Shown piece by piece: positions 57,976-64,000 of a stretch of 64,000 nt of DNA. This DNA is from Pseudobdellovibrionaceae bacterium (GTDB taxonomy: Bacteria > Bdellovibrionota > Bdellovibrionia > Bdellovibrionales > UBA1609): NCBI GenBank assembly GCA_043757545.1, contig JAYVPG010000050.1, forward strand, positions 3,785-67,784, given 5' to 3'. The translations under genes and the position numbers were made by a program. How positions within the stretch are numbered: position 1 is the first letter of the stretch; each line of letters starts with the position of its first letter. The notes below the pieces were generated by a model. It saw only the letters and a program-made list of their open reading frames with translations. It did not search any database and was not told where the DNA came from.

Positions 57976-58869
57976 ATGAGTTCACAGGTTGCACTGCACA
58001 AAGATCTTCCCGATTGTTTTGAGTTTTACAATCTTGAGGGAAGCGATTTGGAGACTTTCGCCCAGCAGAGGCGAGAGGAGATGATCCGTCACTTCGAAGA
58101 CGGTCGGGTGCTGATTTTTGACGGCTTTCCAGTGGAGAATCTTGAATATTTCCTAGATCACCCCGGTCGCTGGTATCCAGAAGACATCCCCAATATCCAG
58201 GGACGCGATATCTACTCGGCCCCGTTTGATTCCAATCACCCGTTGTTGCAGGTTTGTAACAGCATCGACGACGTGCACCAATTTATGTTTCAGGTTCCGG
58301 GTTTCGAGAAGTCTTGGCGGTCTCTGCTGAATTCTCTCTTCAAGGGATATGGCTGGAAGAGTTTAGAGTTCAGTTACCGGTTTAATCATCTGGCGCTCGA
58401 TCGCATGCATCTGGATGTGCCGGAGACCCTTTGGGAGGAACATCAATTCCGCTGGTTTATAAATTTGGACCGCCGTGTAAGGATTCTGACTATCGGGCCG
58501 ACCATTTTCGATCTTGCTGAGCGCTACTGGGACAAGATGGGCTTGAGTCGGTTTACGCATCTGCCGGTGCATGAGTTCATTGGGAATTTGCGTCGGGAGA
58601 TTCTCGACAAAACAGTGTTTAAGGAACGCGAGCTGCCGCGTCACTATCTGACTCTGGATCCCGGGGCCATGTGGTTGAGTCATTCGTCGCAGATTAGTCA
58701 CGGACTTGTTTATGGACGCAAAACCGTATGCCTTGAGGGCAGAATTCAGCCGCACACTTTGAAAACTCCGACCAAGCACTTCAATTCGAAAATTCGTGTC
58801 CTAATGGAAAAAGGTCCGATGCCCGAAGCGATGATTGAAAAGATCGTGCAGCTTGAGGGGTTACGATGA
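57976..58869 (+). CDS. hypothetical protein; possible Fe(II)/2-oxoglutarate dioxygenase of the Kdo-hydroxylase (KdoO)-like type
   Basis: Size of about 300 aa, N-terminal FEDGRVLIFDGFPVE, an HxD candidate (RMHLDVPE) and a distal His (SHSSQISHGLVYG). Assigned from memory of the family, so low confidence. Confidence 0.3.
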   Translation: MSSQVALHKDLPDCFEFYNLEGSDLETFAQQRREEMIRHFEDGRVLIFDGFPVENLEYFLDHPGRWYPEDIPNIQGRDIYSAPFDSNHPLLQVCNSIDDVHQFMFQVPGFEKSWRSLLNSLFKGYGWKSLEFSYRFNHLALDRMHLDVPETLWEEHQFRWFINLDRRVRILTIGPTIFDLAERYWDKMGLSRFTHLPVHEFIGNLRREILDKTVFKERELPRHYLTLDPGAMWLSHSSQISHGLVYGRKTVCLEGRIQPHTLKTPTKHFNSKIRVLMEKGPMPEAMIEKIVQLEGLR

Positions 58870-59996
58870 GCAGTTTTTGTCCCTATGCTTTTCATCATTT
58901 GATGGTCGAGCCAACTGGTGAGGTCAGGCCCTGTTGTCGATTCGAGAAGCAGGACGGCGTCGCGGTAGATTTACAAGACTTACGGCAACGCATGTTAAAT
59001 GGCGATTCCGTTTCGGGATGTCGTCGCTGTGAAATCGAAGAGTCACTGGATATTCCAAGTATGCGGCAACGGGCCTTCAATACCGCGCATCTCGATACCA
59101 ATTCCGAGGTCTACCTGACCTCACTTGAGATTGCCGTCGGCCGAGTTTGCAATTTAAAATGTCGAACCTGTGACTCGCGCTACAGTACAAAGTGGGATGC
59201 GGACGAGCGGGCACTTGGGCGGAATCGCTCGATCCCGACTCACGATTGGGTGGAAAATACGCAGATCGACTTTGCCACGTTTGAACGCGTGCGAGCCATT
59301 AAGCTTTCGGGTGGGGAACCACTTCTCTCGGCTTCGCTTCCACGTTTGCTCGGTCGGCTTATTGAGTTAGATTTGGCGAAAAACATCGAACTGCAGTTTT
59401 TTACCAATGCCACGTTGAAACCGAATCGTGAACTGATCGGCTTACTTGAATCTTTCGGCAAGATTCATCTTTACCTCAGTATTGATGGGGTTGGTGCGGT
59501 TAATGAATATTTGCGACATCCATCCCGCTGGCCGGTCGTCGAAGATGTTGTTGATGGGTGGCTGAAGTGGCAAGCGCAGCATTCCAGTGTGCGTTGCTCG
59601 CTAGCTCATACCCTCAGCACGATGAACGTACTTTCGTTTGCAGACTTTCTTTTCTGGCGGCAGTCGCTCACGCCGCGTCCCGATCTGATGCTGCAGCTGG
59701 TGCATGGCCCGCAAATGATGAGCCTTGCCAACGTCAGCACGGAAATTAAAAAACGACTGGGTCTGGCGCTGGCCATTCAGAAAGAGAATTATTTTTCAAA
59801 GCACGCGACGGAGCCAACGGTAGAGCGGGCGTTTGCAAAAATAGAGGCGATGCTGGTGCGGCCGTCTACCAGTCCCATTGCGGCAGGTGACTTTTTTTCT
59901 GAAATTGGACAGGTCGATGTGTTGCGCGGAGAAAATTTTGCAGAGATCTTTCCCCAAGTGAGTCAACAGCTTCAGGATTGGACACCTCATGGGTGA
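58866..59996 (+). CDS. radical SAM enzyme with an N-terminal twitch/SPASM-like motif (paralog 5 of 9)
   Basis: FCPYAFHHLMVEPTGEVRPCC; CRRCEIEE; CNLKCRTC (59148..59171); LSGGEPL; SIDGVGAVNEYLRHPSRW. ATGA overlap with the upstream gene. Confidence 0.85.
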   Translation: MSSFCPYAFHHLMVEPTGEVRPCCRFEKQDGVAVDLQDLRQRMLNGDSVSGCRRCEIEESLDIPSMRQRAFNTAHLDTNSEVYLTSLEIAVGRVCNLKCRTCDSRYSTKWDADERALGRNRSIPTHDWVENTQIDFATFERVRAIKLSGGEPLLSASLPRLLGRLIELDLAKNIELQFFTNATLKPNRELIGLLESFGKIHLYLSIDGVGAVNEYLRHPSRWPVVEDVVDGWLKWQAQHSSVRCSLAHTLSTMNVLSFADFLFWRQSLTPRPDLMLQLVHGPQMMSLANVSTEIKKRLGLALAIQKENYFSKHATEPTVERAFAKIEAMLVRPSTSPIAAGDFFSEIGQVDVLRGENFAEIFPQVSQQLQDWTPHG

Positions 59997-61233
59997 AGAG
60001 ATGATCCACAGCGAAGAGACTTCAGAGACGCTCTGTCCGCTCCCATTTCTTCATACCTACGTAAAGGCCAATGGCAAGCTTGTGGCCTGTTGCGAGGCTC
60101 AGGAAACGGTGTTGTCGACCGACTTGGGTGGATTAGAGGATTGGAATAGCTCTTCTTATCGGGCGTTACGCAGTGAGATGCTAAATGGGGAGAAACCTTC
60201 AATTTGTCGCAAATGCTGGAAGAATGAAGCCGTGGGTTCTCCCTCGGCGAGGGAACAGGCGTGGACAGATTTTCGCGCAGGATTTTACAGCACAGATACG
60301 ATCGCAAGTTCAATGGAAGGCGAAGTTTCGCGCGCTCCTTCGTTCGTCGAAGTAAAATGCTCCAACTTCTGCAATCTCAAATGCAAGATGTGCCATCCGT
60401 CCTCGAGCAGTCGACTGAATGAGGATCGCGAGATACATGCTAAATACCAACCCGACTTAGTTTGGCCGAAAGTTCCGGTGCGTTCGGATCAAACAATTCA
60501 TGAATTGCTCTCGTTCAAATCAGAAGACTTGAAAGACTTGCGGGTGCTGCAATTTTCAGGGGGCGAGCCATTTCTGCACGCTCAACAGTATGAAATCGTA
60601 TCTCGACTCAGTGGCAAGCATAGCGCCGACATTTCATTGCGCTACGCCACCAATTTAACTACGTTTCCTAGTCGAGAATTACTCGGTCAATGGAGTCGTT
60701 TTCGTGCCGTCAACGTTAAGGTCAGTCTGGATGGGATTGATGACGTCAATGACTACATCCGTTTAGGCAGTCGATTTAGTGAAGTGATCAGCAACCTCCG
60801 TAGACTTGAACAAGAAAAATCAGCAAACGTTTCGCTTGGAGTTGGATTTACCGCACAGGCCTACAATATTTTTCAGATTCATGAGTTTCTCGATTACTTT
60901 AAAGACCTGTCTTTTAATGGATTTGTCGCCACACATCTTTTACATTTTCCGCGACATCTATCGATCGTGGTGTATCCGCCGCGGATTCGTGAGCGATTGA
61001 TCGAATATCTATCGAGTGGTTCAAATCCGAAGCAGGTAAACGATAAAATTCAATGGCTTCGGACCGAGCCCTTTGATGGACATCAATGGCGTCAGTTTTT
61101 AGAATTTACGCGGGATTTTGAAGCTAAATATAATGTCAGCGGTCGGCTGAAAATGTTTCTTACGCGAGCTTTTGGAAGTGAAATCGGTGATTTTTTGCAA
61201 AATGAAATGTCCAAGCAAGGTATCGGCGCATGA
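59989..61233 (+). CDS. radical SAM enzyme with an N-terminal twitch/SPASM-like motif (paralog 6 of 9)
   Basis: LCPLPFLHTYVKANGKLVACC; CRKCWKNE; CNLKCKMC; FSGGEPF; SLDGIDDVNDYIR. 8-bp overlap with the upstream gene. Confidence 0.85.
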   Translation: MGEEMIHSEETSETLCPLPFLHTYVKANGKLVACCEAQETVLSTDLGGLEDWNSSSYRALRSEMLNGEKPSICRKCWKNEAVGSPSAREQAWTDFRAGFYSTDTIASSMEGEVSRAPSFVEVKCSNFCNLKCKMCHPSSSSRLNEDREIHAKYQPDLVWPKVPVRSDQTIHELLSFKSEDLKDLRVLQFSGGEPFLHAQQYEIVSRLSGKHSADISLRYATNLTTFPSRELLGQWSRFRAVNVKVSLDGIDDVNDYIRLGSRFSEVISNLRRLEQEKSANVSLGVGFTAQAYNIFQIHEFLDYFKDLSFNGFVATHLLHFPRHLSIVVYPPRIRERLIEYLSSGSNPKQVNDKIQWLRTEPFDGHQWRQFLEFTRDFEAKYNVSGRLKMFLTRAFGSEIGDFLQNEMSKQGIGA

Positions 61234-62474
61234 AGAATAATTCCTCTTGCGGGTGGCCCAGTATGCAGGTGCGGCGGCGTGCGAATGGACAAGTCGCGCC
61301 GTGCTGCAAATTTGTAAATTCGGAAGATCGAGACGGAATGTGGCTCAAACCTCAACGTGACGGAACAACACTGAGCGCATTGTTCAGTTCAGCGTCGTTT
61401 GGCGATTTACGGCACCGGCTTGAGCGTGGAGAGAGCACCAAGGCTTGTGACTCGTGCTATAGGATGGAGGCCTCGGGTGCGAAGAGCATGCGACTCAAAT
61501 CTTATGGAAACAAATTGAGTGCGGGCCTTGGCGAAAAGCCCAGTCTGCGATCTTTGGAGCTGGAGCTTGGCAATCTCTGCAACTTGAATTGCCGAACGTG
61601 CAATTCAGAGCAGAGCACACTTTGGCTGGAGCAGGACGCGAAGCTCAACGCTCTTCATCCGGGTTTGGCTCGTCCAAACGGTGGTGGACTGACCCGTACA
61701 GAAATCGACTTTCTTGATGCCGAGGCCTTGAGTCGCCTTGAAGTTTTGTATTTGGCTGGCGGCGAACCTCTTCTGCATACCACGTTTGGTCCGGTTCTCG
61801 AGAAAGTGATCCAGTCGGGCAATCGGAGCTGTGCAATTGAGTTTTCAACCAATTGCACTCTTTTTCCGAAACCAAAAGAGCTGAATAATTTGCTCTCATT
61901 TGCGACGGTGGAAGTTTATTTGAGTATCGATGGATTGGGGGCCGAAAACGAATTCCTTCGCCCGCCCAGTTTGTGGCCAGTCACTGAAAGAGTCGTGGAT
62001 CAATGGGTTGAATTGGCCAGAGAAAATAAAAATGTACTTCTTTTTCTTTCGCCAACGGTGAGCGTTTACAATATTACCCGGCTTGGACGGCTTATGGATT
62101 GGTGGTTTGATAAACTGGGCGAACCCATTGAGCGAGGAGATCAGCGGTTACCGGTTAATTTTTGCATTTTAAATTCTCCCGAATATTTGCAGGTCGGCAT
62201 CTTACCGGAAGATATCAAAGCGAAGCGGCGTTCCCACTTTGCGGCAACCATCGAATCCACGTCGAACCGAAGGCTAAAGGCGAAACTGAAGGATTTAGAT
62301 TCACTTTTTGACATTCAGGCGCAAGAGCAACTGCAGCGATTTGTCGATTTTGAAAATGGTCTCAACGGTTTGCGTGGTGTAAAACTTGAGAGTCATCCCT
62401 TTCGAGAGCTGGTGGAACCTTTGATCGCCAGATCTGGTTTTTTAAATTCGCAGCCGACTATCGGTATCGGATAG
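61230..62474 (+). CDS. radical SAM enzyme with an N-terminal twitch/SPASM-like motif (paralog 7 of 9)
   Basis: SCGWPSMQVRRRANGQVAPCC; CDSCYRME; CNLNCRTC; LAGGEPL; SIDGLGAENEFLRPPSLW. ATGA overlap with the upstream gene. Confidence 0.85.
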   Translation: MKNNSSCGWPSMQVRRRANGQVAPCCKFVNSEDRDGMWLKPQRDGTTLSALFSSASFGDLRHRLERGESTKACDSCYRMEASGAKSMRLKSYGNKLSAGLGEKPSLRSLELELGNLCNLNCRTCNSEQSTLWLEQDAKLNALHPGLARPNGGGLTRTEIDFLDAEALSRLEVLYLAGGEPLLHTTFGPVLEKVIQSGNRSCAIEFSTNCTLFPKPKELNNLLSFATVEVYLSIDGLGAENEFLRPPSLWPVTERVVDQWVELARENKNVLLFLSPTVSVYNITRLGRLMDWWFDKLGEPIERGDQRLPVNFCILNSPEYLQVGILPEDIKAKRRSHFAATIESTSNRRLKAKLKDLDSLFDIQAQEQLQRFVDFENGLNGLRGVKLESHPFRELVEPLIARSGFLNSQPTIGIG

Positions 62475-63533
62475 TCTAAATCCTCGCATCCGATCAAACT
62501 CCGCGATCCATTGGGCGGCCCGCAAACCTAAACGGCCATATTCCGATTGGTTTTTTGCTAAATAGCTCTTGAAATATCCGGCATCCTCCGCCGGCAATTT
62601 GTCGACCACTCGCCGCAGCTCCGTCAATTGCTCATTTGGCAAAACTCGCAAGGCTAGATGATCGGGTCGAAGTAAGAAATGATTGATTCGTACGCCCATG
62701 CCTTGCGCCTTGCTCCAGCGATAGAGATCGAGCACATTGAAGGCATTGACGAGCTGAATGGTCGGTTCGATTTTAAAAAATATTTCAGCAGCCTTAAGTT
62801 TGAAGAGGATGGCCTCGATCTTTTCCCACTTCACTCCTCGAATCCATTCAAAGGTGTCGCCAAGTCCGTCGATGCTGCAGGACAATTCGATGCCCTTTAG
62901 TCCACGCATGGCTTCGATGTGCTCGTTCGAAATGAGTGAGACGTTCGTGGTAATGGAAAGCATTTTGTCTGGACACCGCTCCCGCCATATCGCAAAGAGG
63001 TGAAGGAGCGCGGGATTCGCAAATGGTTCTCCACCAATGATTCGCAATTTCGTCAGGTCTGAGAGAATGGGTCGAAGATCATCAAACGAATTCGCATCCA
63101 GCATGAGTCTTCGGCCCCGCGTCTGGGTTGGGGCTGGCCAGCTCAGTTTTTCGATGAGGTCTTTTTCGACGGCGTGCCACTTGCTGGAAAATCTGGGGCT
63201 GCACATCACGCAGACCATATTGCATACGTTCGTGACCGAGATCTCGAGCTCTTCAATGGAGTCTGAAGGTTCAGGGTACCGGTCGACACTGTTTTCTCGG
63301 ATACTGACTATGCCACTTGCTTCTTCACTGTCGCAGTCGCGACACTCGTGAACATACTCTCCTCTTTGCATCCGGGCTTTGAGCTCACTAAGGCCGGAGC
63401 CTTCTAGATATTTAAAAATATCGTCAGTCGATTCGAATGTACCAAGTGAACCGGCGTAGGAGCAGCACGGTTTAATCGCGCCTTCCACATCGATCTTGAC
63501 GGATTTCCATGGCATTCGGCAGATGGCGTTCAC
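62442..63533 (-). CDS. radical SAM enzyme with an N-terminal twitch/SPASM-like motif (paralog 8 of 9)
   Basis: ICRMPWKSVKIDVEGAIKPCC; CRDCDSEE; CNMVCVMC; IIGGEPF; SIDGLGDTFEWIR. GTG start. The 3' end overlaps the convergent gene by 33 bp. Confidence 0.85.
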   Translation of the reverse strand: MNAICRMPWKSVKIDVEGAIKPCCSYAGSLGTFESTDDIFKYLEGSGLSELKARMQRGEYVHECRDCDSEEASGIVSIRENSVDRYPEPSDSIEELEISVTNVCNMVCVMCSPRFSSKWHAVEKDLIEKLSWPAPTQTRGRRLMLDANSFDDLRPILSDLTKLRIIGGEPFANPALLHLFAIWRERCPDKMLSITTNVSLISNEHIEAMRGLKGIELSCSIDGLGDTFEWIRGVKWEKIEAILFKLKAAEIFFKIEPTIQLVNAFNVLDLYRWSKAQGMGVRINHFLLRPDHLALRVLPNEQLTELRRVVDKLPAEDAGYFKSYLAKNQSEYGRLGLRAAQWIAEFDRMRGFRLSDTDSRLRI

Positions 63534-63648
63534 GACTGATTCTCCTGCCGGTATTGCAGTTCACCACTTAGAGCATGTCAATTTAAGATGCTCTGCGTAT
63601 TCTATGAAGGGCCTGGAACCTTCGGATTGGAGATGGTAGGTAGAGTTT

Positions 63649-64000
63649 ATGGCGATCTGTTCAGCACCATGGCATTCACTCCTGATACGTTTTAACGGCG
63701 ACGTCGTGCCGGATTCTCAATTTCAAGGTCGTTATGGAAATATTCGTGAAAGCGATCTCGCTTATCTCTGGCAGTCTCCAGAGGCTCGGCTCGCGAGAAG
63801 TGAATTTGCGGCGGAAAAGTGGCCAGTCGCCTGCGCGCAGTGTGATCTAAAAGAGAGGAGCATTGGCCACTCTCGGCGGCTATTTTTTAACGACATTGTG
63901 GACCCGATTTTGTTGGAGACCGATCACTCTGCAGATGGTCCGCCAGACATCTACTATCTTGAAATCAATTCGTCGAATCTGTGCAATTTAAAATGTGTCA
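63649..64000 (+). CDS. radical SAM enzyme of the same family (paralog 9 of 9), 5' part only; runs off the right edge
   Basis: Absent from the ORF track because there is no stop in the window. The ATG at 63649 follows an in-frame TAG at 63637. Translation: MAICSAPWHSLLIRFNGDVVPDSQFQGRYGNI...CAQCDLKE...EINSSNLCNLKCV. The usual CC pair is replaced by PD. Confidence 0.75.
   Translation, partial: MAICSAPWHSLLIRFNGDVVPDSQFQGRYGNIRESDLAYLWQSPEARLARSEFAAEKWPVACAQCDLKERSIGHSRRLFFNDIVDPILLETDHSADGPPDIYYLEINSSNLCNLKCV

Noticed and set aside
59148-59171. Recurring nucleotide string tgcaatttRaaatg... seen in several locus genes, as a possible DNA repeat or mobile-element footprint
   Set aside because: It is simply the codons for the conserved CNLKC peptide of the radical-SAM cluster loop. 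The flanking DNA is not repeated.
63588-63695. 35-codon ORF (MLCVFYEGPGTFGLEMVGRVYGDLFSTMAFTPDTF) in the last divergent region, as a possible RiPP precursor for the rSAM enzymes
   Set aside because: It overlaps the start of the rSAM paralog at 63649 in another frame. It has no Shine-Dalgarno and no Cys/Ser/Thr-rich core or leader-like features. I found no comparable small ORF in the other four divergent regions.
1-64000. Search by eye for rRNA, tRNA, integrase, transposase and phage structural genes
   Set aside because: None recognised. The intergenic regions are short, and the longer ones (13728..13976 and 42177..42326) showed no cloverleaf-like or otherwise recognisable RNA features. A covariance-model scan (Infernal/Rfam, tRNAscan-SE) would be needed to be sure.

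Overview
The window is a gene-dense bacterial chromosomal segment. I recognised no rRNA, tRNA, CRISPR array, transposase or integrase. The gene content suggests a Bdellovibrio-like predatory bacterium: two tandem endonuclease I genes, a patatin-like lipase, a large S8 protease, an M13 peptidase, many small secreted proteins, and GC content that looks roughly balanced by eye. This taxonomic call is inference only. From about 1 to 35 kb the genes are mostly housekeeping or envelope-related: ETF-QO (partial), a patatin-ppk-ppx operon, nucleases, an FHA protein, a GT9/GT-C/PAP2 envelope-glycolipid operon, an HNH protein, an S8 protease, a QEGLA/DUF1704 protein, a cation/H+ antiporter, nitronate monooxygenase, an M13 peptidase, GTP-PEPCK, and a LysR regulator next to a periplasmic YHS/cytochrome-c operon. 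From 35 to 42 kb, a HigBA-like and a HicAB toxin-antitoxin pair bracket a four-gene operon with overlapping stop and start codons (sensor kinase, REC-kinase hybrid, CheY-like regulator, secreted glycine-rich protein). The most interesting region runs from 44.6 kb to the right edge, where it is cut off. It contains 16 consecutive ORFs, 11 of which are radical-SAM enzymes. Nine of these belong to one divergent paralog family whose Cys-rich twitch/SPASM-like motif lies N-terminal to the CX3CX2C core. Interleaved with them are an amidinotransferase, a possible PLP enzyme, an Asp/Asn-beta-hydroxylase-type cupin fused to an unknown domain, a free-standing paralog of that unknown domain, and a possible KdoO-like dioxygenase. 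In the visible part I see no precursor peptide, transporter, regulator, glycosyltransferase or NRPS/PKS gene. I regard this locus as a candidate undescribed multi-radical-SAM biosynthetic or modification system. All functional calls come from reading motifs in the translations; no searches were run.
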